From: Candidatus Saccharimonadota bacterium
Lineage (GTDB): Bacteria > Pseudomonadota > Alphaproteobacteria > CAJXXZ01 > 1604HC
Direction of reading: 5' to 3'
Assembly (NCBI RefSeq): GCF_008189285.1
Contig: NZ_CP043315.1
Coordinates: 210,001-242,000, forward strand
DNA length: 32,000 nucleotides
Positions within the stretch are counted from its first letter, which is position 1. Each line of letters starts with the position of its first letter. Shown piece after piece: positions 1 through 9,575 of the stretch. The position numbers were made by a program, and so were the translations under genes. The notes beneath the pieces are model-generated. The model did no database searches. It was given only the letters and a program-made list of their open reading frames with translations, and was not told the origin of the DNA.

Positions 1-1
1 A

Positions 2-112
2 ATTGAAAGACAGCTGTCTAAAAATGATTTAACTTCACATGAAAAGCCAGAAAATACACAAAGTACTGTAAGAAATTTAACAGCAGAATTAAATGGAGCG
101 CTTAGTCCATAA
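2..112 (+). CDS. possible 3' end of a CDS entering from the left window edge
   Basis: Frame 2 is open from the window edge for 36 codons (IERQLSKNDLTSHEKPENTQSTVRNLTAELNGALSP) and ends at TAA 110-112. No recognisable motif, and it is too short to judge. Confidence 0.2.
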   Translation: MERQLSKNDLTSHEKPENTQSTVRNLTAELNGALSP

Positions 113-782
113 GTAAAAATTAATTAATTATGAAAATTTCTATTAGGAATTAGAGGATTTTTCCCAGAATTTCTTTTGTTATGCAAGTATTTTTCATAAT
201 AATAATTAATAGCATAACAAATCACTATTTTGCATAATAATACAATTTATCAATCACAATAATTAGCAATCAAATAAACAGTCTTGCAAATCTATGAAAT
301 CAATTTTATACAATAAATTAGAATTGAATTAGAATTAATTGTTCAAAGAATTTTATATAGCATACATGAGATTTATGCAATTAATTTAATTGATTTTGAG
401 CAATAAATAAGAGTCGCATTAGAAATGATTTAAGTGAATTGTGATAATTAAAAAACTAAAGTTGAATCAAAATCTATGATCTGTAATTATAGATGAAGAT
501 AATTATTCTTTTTGTTTTTCAGATTTCTATTTAGTTGTTTATAATTCTATAATTCTGCTTTATAGTTTTTAAGTTTTTTATCTCAGTTTATTTAATTTAT
601 CTTCCGCTTTTTTGAGTTTATAGATTCTTTAGCTGCTTGTAATTCTTAGCTTGAGTTTTATAGATTAAGAAAGATCAAATGCTACTATAGAAATTCCACA
701 AATTGATAATTGATTTATCTAGTATAAAATAATATGAAATTGCAGTTGAAGCAAAACCCTAAACCCAAATTATTTAACACGA

Positions 783-1886
783 TCAGTCAGAATTTACAAT
801 TCCAGGCATTGTGATGTAAGTGAAATTATTGTAATTTTCATGTTTCATTAATATGGCTTTATTGATTCCATGGTATTCCAATTTTGTTTTCCCATCTTCG
901 AATAATCTCAAGAAATCTAGCCATATATTAGCGTCTATATTAAATGCAAAATCAGAGCCTTTGTATTCTCCTTCTAATTTCTCTTCTCCAGACCATCCAT
1001 GTGAAATATTATCACATTTTATAATTGACTCATCTTGCAATTTTACTGTTGTGATAATTCTTGATAATTGCGATGAAAGAATTGATATGCGGTCCAATGA
1101 AGATTTTAAATTTCCAATGCTATCTTGGAAAATTCCTTCGATTGAATTTGGTATCAAAGCTTTATAATCGGGGAATGATCCATTTACTAACCTGCTAATA
1201 AAAAAGAAATTTTTTGCTTTAAACATCACTTGATTGTTATCTTTGTAACAGCATATTTCTTCCTCATGAGAAATTAAAGCTACAATTGTTTCTACGCTTT
1301 TTCTAGAAAGAATCATGTCGAATTTATTACAATCCATTTTTTCTGTAAAAACAGCCATTTTATGACCATCTGTCGCTACAAATCGCAATCCATCCTCATC
1401 TCCTTCAATGTGTATTCCATTGAAATGCGCTCTGATTTCATCGTTTGCCATGGCAATTTTTACCATTTTGATCTTTTCCAAAAGATCTGTAGAAAATATC
1501 TTGAATACTAAAGAATCAGCAACTTCAGGTATTTTAGGGAAATCTTCAGGATCTAGAGTGTTTAAATTAAATGACCCAGATCCATAATCTATTTCAACAG
1601 AATCATTTGAGCATTTTATATTCAAAAATTCTTTATTAGATTTTCTAACTAAATTATACAATATATGACCTGGAAGTGTTATCGCTCCATTTGCAATTGT
1701 TTCGCAATCAATTTGGTATTTCAGCATTAAATTTCCATCAGAGCCTTCTATATTTAATTTTCCATTTGATGCATCTAGCTTTACATGAGAGAAAATGGAT
1801 TGAGTTGCCTTTCTATCAAGCACAGACTGCTGACATCTAAGCGCTTCCATTAAATTAGTTCTTTTAACTTTAATATTAAATTGCAT
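783..1886 (-). CDS. dnaN: DNA polymerase III beta subunit (sliding clamp)
   Basis: 367-aa ORF with ATG at 1884-1886 and TGA stop at 783-785. The N-terminus (MQFNIKVKRTNLMEALRCQQSVLDRK...HVKLDASNGKLNIEGSDGNLMLKYQI) and overall length are typical of three-domain beta clamps. Confidence 0.9.
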   Translation of the reverse strand: MQFNIKVKRTNLMEALRCQQSVLDRKATQSIFSHVKLDASNGKLNIEGSDGNLMLKYQIDCETIANGAITLPGHILYNLVRKSNKEFLNIKCSNDSVEIDYGSGSFNLNTLDPEDFPKIPEVADSLVFKIFSTDLLEKIKMVKIAMANDEIRAHFNGIHIEGDEDGLRFVATDGHKMAVFTEKMDCNKFDMILSRKSVETIVALISHEEEICCYKDNNQVMFKAKNFFFISRLVNGSFPDYKALIPNSIEGIFQDSIGNLKSSLDRISILSSQLSRIITTVKLQDESIIKCDNISHGWSGEEKLEGEYKGSDFAFNIDANIWLDFLRLFEDGKTKLEYHGINKAILMKHENYNNFTYITMPGIVNSD

Positions 1887-1958
1887 AACAAATTTTAAAC
1901 TATTTTACTGATAAATGCGATTGTGAGGAGGGTTTTTGAACATATATTATAGATAAAT

Positions 1959-4778
1959 TTAATTTAAGAGAGAGTGAAGTGTATGAATTTTTCCTTTTAG
2001 ATTTGTAATTTGCTTTGCAAGGCTACCTCTCTTATTTTTATCTTGTTTTGAGCTGCCTTTTACATTTCTTTTTGCATCTGTAAGTTCTTCAATTTTATCA
2101 CGCATTTTTTTTATTTCTTCTTCAGCTTTTTCTTCAGTAGTTTTTTCTTCAGTAGTTTTTTCTTCAGCAGTTTTTTCTTCAGCAGTTTTTTCTTCAGCAG
2201 TTTTTTCTTCAGCAGTTTTTTCTTCAGCAGTTTTTTCTTCAGCAGCTTTTACTTCTTCAGTTTTTACTTCTTCAGTTTTTACTTCAGCAGCTTTTGGTTC
2301 TTCAACTTCTAATTTAGCTTCTGGTTGAGAAGCAGCATCTCCAGCTCCAGCTTCTGATCCTTCAGCAACTTTTTCTTCAGCAGCTTCTGGTTCTTTAGCT
2401 TCTGGTTCTTTAGCTTCTGGTTCTTTAGCTTCTGGTTCTTTAGCTTCTGGTTCTTTAGCTTCTGGTTCTTTAGCTTCTGGTTCTTTAGCTTCTGGTTCTT
2501 TAGCTTCTGGTTCTTTAGCTTCTGGTTCTTTAGCTTCTGGTTCTTTAGCTTCTGGTTCTTTAGCTTCTGGTTCTTTAGCTTCTGGTTCTTTAGCTTCTGG
2601 TTCTTTAGCTTCTGGTTCTTTAGCTTCTGGTTCTTTAGCTTCTGGTTCTTCAACTTCTAATTTAGCTTCTGGTTGAGAAGCAGCATCTCCAGCTCCAGCT
2701 TCTGATCCTTCAGCAACTTTTTCTTCAGCAACTTTTTCTTCAGCAACTTTTTCTTCAGCAACTTCTGGTTCTTTAGCTTCTGGTTCTTTAGCTTCTGGTT
2801 CTTTAGCTTCTGGTTCTTTAGCTTCTGGTTCTTTAGCTTCTGGTTCTTCAACTTCTAATTTAGCTTCTGGTTGAGAAGCAGCATCTCCAGCTCCAGCTTC
2901 TGATCCTTCAGCAACTTTTTCTTCAGCAGCTTCTGGTTCTTTAGCTTCTGGTTCTTCAACTTCTAATTTAGCTTCTGGTTGAGAAGCAGCATCTCCAGCT
3001 CCAGCTTCTGATCCTTCAGCAACTTTTTCTTCAGCAACTTTTTCTTCAGCAACTTTTTCTTCAGCAACTTCTGGTTCTTTAGCTTCTGGTTCTTTAGCTT
3101 CTGGTTCTTTAGCTTCTGGTTCTTTAGCTTCTGGTTCTTTAGCTTCTGGTTCTTTAGCTTCTGGTTCTTTAGCTTCTGGTTCTTTAGCTTCTGGTTCTTT
3201 AGCTTCTGGTTCTTTAGCTTCTGGTTCTTCAACTTCTAATTTAGCTTCTGGTTGAGAAGCAGCATCTCCAGCTCCAGCTTCTGATCCTTCAGCAACTTTT
3301 TCTTCAGCAACTTTTTCTTCAGCAACTTTTTCTTCAGCAACTTCTGGTTCTTTAGCTTCTGGTTCTTTAGCTTCTGGTTCTTTAGCTTCTGGTTCTTTAG
3401 CTTCTGGTTCTTTAGCTTCTGGTTCTTCAACTTCTAATTTAGCTTCTGGTTGAGAAGCAGCATCTCCAGCTCCAGCTTCTGATCCTTCAGCAACTTTTTC
3501 TTCAGCAGCTTCTGGTTCTTTAGCTTCTGGTTCTTCAACTTCTAATTTAGCTTCTGGTTGAGAAGCAGCATCTCCAGCTCCAGCTTCTGATCCTTCAGCA
3601 ACTTTTTCTTCAGCAACTTTTTCTTCAGCAACTTTTTCTTCAGCAACTTCTGGTTCTTTAGCTTCTGGTTCTTTAGCTTCTGGTTCTTTAGCTTCTGGTT
3701 CTTTAGCTTCTGGTTCTTTAGCTTCTGGTTCTTTAGCTTCTGGTTCTTTAGCTTCTGGTTCTTTAGCTTCTGGTTCTTTAGCTTCTGGTTCTTTAGCTTC
3801 TGGTTCTTTAGCTTCTGGTTCTTTAGCTTCTGGTTCTTTAGCTTCTGGTTCTTTAGCTTCTGGTTCTTTAGCTTCTGGTTCTTTAGCTTCTGGTTGAGAA
3901 GCAGCATCTCCAGCTCCAGCTTCTGATCCTTCAGCAGCTTTTTCTTCAGCAGCTTTTGGTTCTTTAGCTTCTGATTGAGAAGCACTAACAATAAACGGAA
4001 TTGGATCTTTATGTAATTCTCTAGATTTTTCTTTAGATGACATTGGAGTTCCTGTTTCAGATGTAACGACAGAAGAATATATACTAACTTCAGATCCATC
4101 ATTTTTTACAATGTTAATAACTGAAATGTTTCCATCAATATCTTGGTCTATTTTAATCTTTGAATCATTTTTAGATGTTCCTGTTATGATATCTGATACT
4201 ATTTTAGATATAGCAGATGCAGTTATTGTTCCTTTTTGATCAAATTTGGTAATAATTTCTTCAGCATTTTCATTTGCTTTTGAATATATGCAAATTTCAC
4301 TTTTAGCTTGTTCGGATAATTGATCCCAAGCTTTTTGATTGAACTCATAGATGTTTTGGTTTCTTCCACCAATTTTTTTAGATGTAAGTTTGATCAATTT
4401 TCTCATTGCTTCATCGCTTGATAAATCTATTGCTAATTCATTTCCTTCTTTGTCGTGAATAAAAAGAACAGACAATGCATCTTTATCATTTTTGAATTGA
4501 ATTAAAGATCCGATCAAATTGCCAATGTTGTTTGCTTTTGCATTATTCAAGCATTCTATTGCCATGTCTGAAACTTCTTTAATTCTATTTATTTCTTCAA
4601 AAGATTTTAACAAACTTTGTTGCCTGTCTTTGTTGCATAGAAATATTCCGTCAACTTTTGATGAACGAGATGATAAAAGTTTCTCGCCTTTAGATGGGGC
4701 AAGCTCCCCTTTAGCAGATGCTTTATTGCTTGCAAGTGTTGCAAGTAATAATAATAATTTTATTGATTTATTATTCAT
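1959..4778 (-). CDS. secreted, highly acidic tandem-repeat protein: N-terminal globular domain, EAKEP repeat array, EEKTA repeats and a basic coiled-coil tail
   Basis: 939-aa ORF with a Sec-type signal peptide ([22 protein letters not shown]). A non-repetitive region of about 270 aa is followed by more than 50 EAKEP pentapeptides interleaved with EV(AEEKV)3[24 protein letters not shown] linkers. Then come EEKT(A/T) repeats and a Lys/Arg-rich helical C-terminus. The frame stays open through about 1.8 kb of repeats. Confidence 0.85.
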   Translation of the reverse strand: MNNKSIKLLLLLATLASNKASAKGELAPSKGEKLLSSRSSKVDGIFLCNKDRQQSLLKSFEEINRIKEVSDMAIECLNNAKANNIGNLIGSLIQFKNDKDALSVLFIHDKEGNELAIDLSSDEAMRKLIKLTSKKIGGRNQNIYEFNQKAWDQLSEQAKSEICIYSKANENAEEIITKFDQKGTITASAISKIVSDIITGTSKNDSKIKIDQDIDGNISVINIVKNDGSEVSIYSSVVTSETGTPMSSKEKSRELHKDPIPFIVSASQSEAKEPKAAEEKAAEGSEAGAGDAASQPEAKEPEAKEPEAKEPEAKEPEAKEPEAKEPEAKEPEAKEPEAKEPEAKEPEAKEPEAKEPEAKEPEAKEPEAKEPEAKEPEVAEEKVAEEKVAEEKVAEGSEAGAGDAASQPEAKLEVEEPEAKEPEAAEEKVAEGSEAGAGDAASQPEAKLEVEEPEAKEPEAKEPEAKEPEAKEPEAKEPEVAEEKVAEEKVAEEKVAEGSEAGAGDAASQPEAKLEVEEPEAKEPEAKEPEAKEPEAKEPEAKEPEAKEPEAKEPEAKEPEAKEPEAKEPEVAEEKVAEEKVAEEKVAEGSEAGAGDAASQPEAKLEVEEPEAKEPEAAEEKVAEGSEAGAGDAASQPEAKLEVEEPEAKEPEAKEPEAKEPEAKEPEAKEPEVAEEKVAEEKVAEEKVAEGSEAGAGDAASQPEAKLEVEEPEAKEPEAKEPEAKEPEAKEPEAKEPEAKEPEAKEPEAKEPEAKEPEAKEPEAKEPEAKEPEAKEPEAKEPEAKEPEAKEPEAKEPEAAEEKVAEGSEAGAGDAASQPEAKLEVEEPKAAEVKTEEVKTEEVKAAEEKTAEEKTAEEKTAEEKTAEEKTAEEKTTEEKTTEEKAEEEIKKMRDKIEELTDAKRNVKGSSKQDKNKRGSLAKQITNLKGKIHTLHSLLN
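2117..2296. repeat. 15-bp in-frame tandem repeats encoding EEKT(A/T)/EVKTE pentapeptides
   Basis: Units tcttcagcagttttt, tcttcagtagttttt and acttcttcagttttt are visibly repeated. They lie inside CDS 1959..4778. Confidence 0.9.
2297..3977. repeat. nested higher-order tandem array built on the 15-bp unit gcttctggttcttta (EAKEP on the minus strand)
   Basis: Blocks of about 17, 5, 1, 10, 5, 1 and 16 perfect 15-bp units (in + strand order) are separated by conserved linker segments of about 75-120 bp. A 579-bp super-unit occurs twice in tandem (about 2650-3228 and 3229-3807). Confidence 0.95.
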
Positions 4779-4920
4779 GCCCTATGTTAATGTTTATTTA
4801 ATATTTTGTAAAGCAAAAAAATCCCTTGAGAGCAATGTTTAAACAAAAGGAAATAAAAATCAATGAAATGTATTTATTAAATTAAAATGAAATAAAAGAT
4901 AAATGCTATTATGTTAGTTC

Positions 4921-6654
4921 TTATTTGTCTGTTTGTATTTGATATAGCTCTTTATACAAGCCTTCTTTAGAAATAAGTGATTCATGATTTCCTTGCTGTA
5001 CAATTTTACCATCATCAAATACTAGTATGTGGTCAGCATTTTTAATTGTATAAAGTCTATGAGCTATTATGAATTTAGTTTTAGATGGATCGATTTCTTC
5101 AATTGCATTTAAAATATCTCTCTCTGTTATAGTATCTAGCGCTGATGTAGATTCATCAAAAATGAATATTTTTGCATTTCTTAACAATCCTCTTGCGATC
5201 ATTAGTCTTTGTCTTTGCCCTCCAGATAAGGAATTATTTTTTATTTCAGTTTCATATTGTTTAGGGAGCGTCATAATAAAATCATGTATTTGCGCTTTTT
5301 GTGAAGCTTCCATTGCCTCGTCTTTAGTTGATTCAAATGATCCATATCTAATATTGCTTAGAATTGTATCTTCAAATACTTTTGGGTCCTGGGGTATAAG
5401 TGCAAAATTCTCTCTTAATTCATATTCATTCATATGACTTGTTTTGTTTTGCCCTAAGAATATTTCTCCTTTTTGTGGGTAAATTAATCCTAGAAGAAGC
5501 CTAACAAATGTACTTTTTCCACTTCCAGATGATCCAACTAAGGCTATTTTGCTTCCTTGTTTTATTTTTAAAATTCCATCATGTGAGAAAACTTCTTTGT
5601 CATTATAAGAAAATGATATATCTTGCATGGAAATATCATAATTAGAGAAATTGATTTTTTGAATTTGATTTTCTCTTTGAATAGAATCACTGTGAGCCAT
5701 ATCCAAACCTTGTCTAATTCTTCCTATATCACTAATAAGCCAAGATAAATCTTGGGCAAATTCCCATAAGTTATGTGAAATATTGTGTATAATTTCTCCA
5801 ACAAGCATGAAATCACCTGGAGTTGTTAATCCATATTTGAATAATCTCAACATGTAGAAAAAAGCAAAAATGGTTATCAATACAGTTACAACTGATTGGC
5901 TGCTGAATATTAATAAAATAAATTTATATAATTTTCTATCTTGATTCATAACTTTTTCAGAATATGCTTTGTTTTTTTCTAATTCTTTTTCAACTCCATT
6001 ATATACAAATACTGAGTCTATGTTGTCGAATGTGTTTGTCCATTTTGCTGATAAGGAGCTTCTTAAATCAGATAATTTATATGACATGCTATATGTTATT
6101 TTTGATAACAATACTGATGATAGCATCCAGATTAAAATCCATGATATTCCCAAATACCCCAATGTTGAATTAACATAAAATAAGGTAATGCAAGCTAAAG
6201 TTAAACTGAATCCAGTTTTAAGAAAATCAACTATATAGTCAACAAATAAATCTGAAGTGGATTCTGAAACTTGAAAAGCAGAGTAAACAAATTTCGTTGG
6301 AGTGAAGTTTTGGAAGAAATTATATGAATATGAGAAAGTTTTCCCCGCTACCTCATCAATGATATTTTTCTTTATGTTTGGTATCATTTTTAATTGCAAA
6401 TACTCTCTTATTCTTGCTGATAACTCATATGCAGCAATAAATGATATGGATAATGCAGAAAATTTATATGCATTTCCAATCTTAGACATATCTTTAGTGC
6501 ATTCTGATAGAGTGTCTAGCAAATATTTTATAGACCAGAAAAATCCATAAACTGACAATGATGATATTCCTACACATAAAATTACCCCAGCAAATATAAG
6601 TCTATATGGCTTAATTGCATTGTGAAGAAATTCTATTAAATTTATTCTTTTCAT
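4921..6654 (-). CDS. ABC transporter, fused permease/ATP-binding protein (ABCB/MsbA-type exporter)
   Basis: 577 aa. The N-terminal half is hydrophobic and multi-helix. The C-terminal NBD has Walker A GSSGSGKST, ABC signature LSGGQRQR, Walker B IFIFDESTSALD and H-loop IIAHRL. Confidence 0.9.
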   Translation of the reverse strand: MKRINLIEFLHNAIKPYRLIFAGVILCVGISSLSVYGFFWSIKYLLDTLSECTKDMSKIGNAYKFSALSISFIAAYELSARIREYLQLKMIPNIKKNIIDEVAGKTFSYSYNFFQNFTPTKFVYSAFQVSESTSDLFVDYIVDFLKTGFSLTLACITLFYVNSTLGYLGISWILIWMLSSVLLSKITYSMSYKLSDLRSSLSAKWTNTFDNIDSVFVYNGVEKELEKNKAYSEKVMNQDRKLYKFILLIFSSQSVVTVLITIFAFFYMLRLFKYGLTTPGDFMLVGEIIHNISHNLWEFAQDLSWLISDIGRIRQGLDMAHSDSIQRENQIQKINFSNYDISMQDISFSYNDKEVFSHDGILKIKQGSKIALVGSSGSGKSTFVRLLLGLIYPQKGEIFLGQNKTSHMNEYELRENFALIPQDPKVFEDTILSNIRYGSFESTKDEAMEASQKAQIHDFIMTLPKQYETEIKNNSLSGGQRQRLMIARGLLRNAKIFIFDESTSALDTITERDILNAIEEIDPSKTKFIIAHRLYTIKNADHILVFDDGKIVQQGNHESLISKEGLYKELYQIQTDK

Positions 6655-6668
6655 AATAATACTATCCT

Positions 6669-7430
6669 TTATTTATTTTTATTTGTTTCATGTTTTGTGC
6701 GCATAATATGCATTCCCAAAGCAGCTGCGACTGATGCATTTAATACAGAAAAATTAGTTTCTGTTTCAATTTTAACAAATGCATCGCATTCAGATCTAAC
6801 TCTTTGTCTAATGCCTTTTCCTTCGCTGCCTATCACAAGCACGCATCCATCTGTTTTTAAATTATCAGAACATTTACTTCCATGCTCTTCAAGTCCAAAA
6901 ACCCAAAAACCTTTCTTTTTCAACTGAATTAGCCCATCAGCTAAATTAGTTACTTTTATGACATGTATGTGCTCTAGAGCTCCGCAAGCATTTTTTGCTA
7001 CGGTTCCATCTAGAGGAGGGGAGTGATCTTTAGTCATTAGCAAATGCTTAAATCCCAATGCAGCCATAGATCTAATAATTGCTCCTACATTGTGAGGGTC
7101 ATTTATTTGATCAAGAGCTATAATTCTATCATTCGGTTCAATGTGTGTGCATAAAGATAACTTGCAACATGAAAGTGAAGAACATGTTAATAATATTCCT
7201 TGATGCTGCACATCAGGAAATCTTTTATTTAGGAAATTTCTATCTACAATTTCTAGACTCACATTGCGAGTATCAATGTGAGCGTCAAAAAGAACTTCTG
7301 CAACTTCATCTCTCAATGAATCTATGCACTGAATTCTAGCTATTTTTCTCTTTTTTTGCTTAATAGCCTCAAAAACAGAATGCTTTCCCCATAAATTTAC
7401 ATATCCGCTCATTAAGGGCAATGATAACAT
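6669..7430 (-). CDS. rlmB: SpoU/TrmH-family RNA 2'-O-methyltransferase, RlmB-like
   Basis: 253 aa with SpoU motifs NDPHNVGAIIRSMAALG, LVIGSEGKGIRQRV and LNASVAAALGMH, plus an N-terminal WGKHSVFEAI substrate-binding part. The true start may be the internal Met at 7412. Confidence 0.8.
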   Translation of the reverse strand: MLSLPLMSGYVNLWGKHSVFEAIKQKKRKIARIQCIDSLRDEVAEVLFDAHIDTRNVSLEIVDRNFLNKRFPDVQHQGILLTCSSLSCCKLSLCTHIEPNDRIIALDQINDPHNVGAIIRSMAALGFKHLLMTKDHSPPLDGTVAKNACGALEHIHVIKVTNLADGLIQLKKKGFWVFGLEEHGSKCSDNLKTDGCVLVIGSEGKGIRQRVRSECDAFVKIETETNFSVLNASVAAALGMHIMRTKHETNKNK

Positions 7431-7680
7431 AGTTTTGAATGTATGTGGAGCGCCTTAATTGATAAGTGCAATTTCAAATAAATCATAATAAATAGAAAGT
7501 TGTTAAATAAATTGTTAAATATATTAAAAAAGAATTTAGCAAAATTAAAGTAAAATTAAAGTAAAAAATGATAATTTTGAATTTTCTATGCAAAATTACA
7601 AAAAATTTTAAATGCTGCAGAAGGTATAATGAATTGCATGAATATATAATAATGCGTGCAAAAAATACATTAAAATTAAA

Positions 7681-7755
7681 ATTACATATAAATTAATTAC
7701 ATATAAATTAATTACATATAAATTAATTGCATATAAATTAATTGCATATAAATAA
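7681..7755. repeat. 15-bp tandem repeat x5 (attacatataaatta / attgcatataaatta) in a divergent intergenic region
   Basis: Five head-to-tail units read directly: three perfect copies, then two with an a>g change, the last ending in aataa. Located between rlmB(-) and trpS(+). Confidence 0.9.
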
Positions 7756-7863
7756 ATTCATCATTGCAAAGAAGTTATATTCATAAGAAATTGAAATTAT
7801 TTAATTTTCAAATGAATTAGCGTAAATATAGAACTTAATTTGTATAAATTGTAGAATATTTTT

Positions 7864-8853
7864 ATGGGAATTGTTTTAACAGGAGATAGGCCTACAGGTA
7901 AATTGCATTTAGGTCATTATGCTGGATCTTTATTATCTAGAATAGAATTGCAAAATGAGCATGATCAGTATGTTATGATTGCTGATTTGCAAGCTATGAC
8001 TGATAGCAATTCAGATTTAATTAAAAATAATATACTTGAGGTTATGAAGGATTATATTTCTGTAGGTTTGGATCCAAATAAAACAACATTTCTTTTGCAA
8101 TCTGCTATACCAGAATTAACAGAGCTTACTTTTCATTATATGAATTTAGTTACATTGGGCAGGCTAGAGAGAAACCCAACTGTTAAAAATGAAATTAGGC
8201 AAAAAAGCTATGAAAATTCTCTTCCTGCTGGATTTTTATGTTATCCAGTTAGTCAGGCTGCAGACATAACTGCTTTTCAAGCTGATTTAGTTCCCGTAGG
8301 AAACGATCAAATTCCTATGATTGAGCAAACTAATGAAATAGTAAGGAAATTTTCCTCATCTCATGGAAGTGGAGCAATAAAGGAAGTAAAGGCAATTTTA
8401 AGTAAAACACAAAGATTAATTGGAATTGACGGACAAGCAAAAGCAAGTAAATCTTTAGGAAATGCAATAATATTATCTGATTCTTCCGAAGAAATTAAGC
8501 GAAAAGTATTCGATATGTATACTGATCCAAATCATATACATGTGAAAGATCCTGGAGAAGTTGAAGGGAATGTTGTTTTTGAATATTTAGATGCATTCTA
8601 TGGAGACAAAGAACATCTTGAAGAATTGAAGATTCATTATAAAAAAGGTGGGTTAGGAGATTTTGCTCTAAAAAAATTGCTTAATCAAGTTTTGCAAGAT
8701 TTAATTGCTCCAATAAGAGAAAAAAGAGAGTCTCTTAATGATTTAGATATGAAAGATATTTTATGGAAAGGGACTCAAAAAGCTAGAGTAGTCGCATCAA
8801 ATACTCTGAGCAAAGTAAGAAAAGCTATTGGGATAGATTTTTTTAACTTATAA
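7864..8853 (+). CDS. trpS: tryptophan--tRNA ligase
   Basis: 329 aa with a class I HIGH-type motif (PTGKLHLGHYAGS), a KMSKS-type motif (KASKS), and VPVGNDQIPMIEQTNEI, which is typical of TrpRS. Confidence 0.9.
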   Translation: MGIVLTGDRPTGKLHLGHYAGSLLSRIELQNEHDQYVMIADLQAMTDSNSDLIKNNILEVMKDYISVGLDPNKTTFLLQSAIPELTELTFHYMNLVTLGRLERNPTVKNEIRQKSYENSLPAGFLCYPVSQAADITAFQADLVPVGNDQIPMIEQTNEIVRKFSSSHGSGAIKEVKAILSKTQRLIGIDGQAKASKSLGNAIILSDSSEEIKRKVFDMYTDPNHIHVKDPGEVEGNVVFEYLDAFYGDKEHLEELKIHYKKGGLGDFALKKLLNQVLQDLIAPIREKRESLNDLDMKDILWKGTQKARVVASNTLSKVRKAIGIDFFNL

Positions 8854-8919
8854 AAACTTTTAATTTAATAAAATTCATAAACAGTTGCACATTATTTTTC
8901 ATGATAATAGAATATAACT

Positions 8920-9441
8920 ATGTTATTGCTATTATTGCCAAACATAATAACCATGTTTCGTATAATTGCCACTCCAGCAATTTGCATTTTAATTTCCTAT
9001 GAAGTGTATTTTTATTCATGCATTTTATTTGCTTCAGCATGCTTGTCTGATTTTCTTGACGGGTATATTGCAAGAGCGTATAAAATGACATCTAAGTTTG
9101 GGCAGCATTTTGATTCTTTTGCAGACAAATTCTTAATAACTTCAGTATCTATAGCTCTTTTACAGAATAGAATTGTGTGCGACTTTCACGTAATCCCTAT
9201 ATATATGATTATTGCAAGAAATTTATTGATGTATTTTATGAGAAATTATATGAATTCAGCCAAAAAGAAGAATATTGAATCTAATATGATGGGAAAATGC
9301 ACAACGTTTATTCAAATGGTTAGTATGTTCTTTTTGATAGGTGGTTTAATTAAATTAGGGTTGGCTATGTTGTGGGCTTCTATGATTTGCGCTGTTATAA
9401 GTTTTATTGGATATTTTATCCACGTTTTGAATTCTGATTAA
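8920..9441 (+). CDS. pgsA: CDP-alcohol phosphatidyltransferase, probably CDP-diacylglycerol--glycerol-3-phosphate 3-phosphatidyltransferase
   Basis: 173-aa polytopic membrane protein. It carries the exact family motif D-x2-D-G-x2-A-R-x8-G-x3-D-x3-D in DFLDGYIARAYKMTSKFGQHFDSFADK. Confidence 0.8.
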   Translation: MLLLLLPNIITMFRIIATPAICILISYEVYFYSCILFASACLSDFLDGYIARAYKMTSKFGQHFDSFADKFLITSVSIALLQNRIVCDFHVIPIYMIIARNLLMYFMRNYMNSAKKKNIESNMMGKCTTFIQMVSMFFLIGGLIKLGLAMLWASMICAVISFIGYFIHVLNSD

Positions 9442-9453
9442 TCAAATCAATAC

Positions 9454-9485
9454 TTTGCAATAGATTTATAAATTGCAAATTGTTT
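9454..9485 (+). terminator. weak candidate intrinsic terminator downstream of pgsA
   Basis: An 8-bp stem (tttgcaat 9454-9461 pairing with attgcaaa 9472-9479) has a 10-nt loop and is followed by ttgttt. The stem is AT-rich, so stability is low. Confidence 0.25.
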
Positions 9486-9575
9486 AAAGTTAGTTATATC
9501 AATATTAATGAAAAATTAGATAAAAAACCGTTTGTGACTTTTTATTTTTTTATTTATTTATGATAAATTATTTCT

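Noticed and set aside
113-782. Chromosomal replication origin next to dnaN.
   Set aside because: I found only weak partial DnaA-box resemblances (ttatcaatcaca at about 249-260, tgtgataat at about 441-449, aattccaca at about 692-700). There is no cluster of good 9-mers and no dnaA gene adjacent. The region is kept only as a low-interest note.
853-1167. Plus-strand ORF of 104 aa, and similar antisense ORFs: 4519..4842, 5069..5437, 5964..6178, 6302..6550, 6697..6927, 7145..7339, 11226..11634, 15103..15309, 16325..16522, 16815..17505 set, 18189..18429, 20345..20665, 26281..27565 set, 29404..29613, 29980..30243 and 30692..31021.
   Set aside because: Each lies largely inside, and antisense or out of frame to, a longer ORF with recognisable motifs or family homology. 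Their compositions are typical of shadow frames in AT-rich DNA (Leu/Ile/Phe/Ser-rich, no motifs).
2117-3977. The regular short repeats could be a CRISPR array.
   Set aside because: The units are 15 bp, directly abutting with no unique spacers, and lie in an open reading frame with a signal peptide. No cas genes are in the window.
2309-4102. Minus-strand ORFs made of KNQKL repeats (2309..2653, 2657..2851, 2963..3232, 3236..3430, 3542..4102).
   Set aside because: They are alternative-frame readings of the same 15-bp repeat array inside the 939-aa CDS. They have no independent start context. They are useful only as evidence for the 579-bp periodicity.
1959-6654. The ABC exporter (4921..6654) might be a dedicated type I secretion partner of the adjacent acidic tandem-repeat protein, as for Ehrlichia TRPs.
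   Set aside because: The repeat protein has a clear N-terminal Sec signal peptide. No membrane-fusion protein or TolC-like gene is adjacent. The ABC protein lacks any feature I can see that distinguishes a T1SS ATPase from a generic MsbA-type exporter. Adjacency alone is insufficient.
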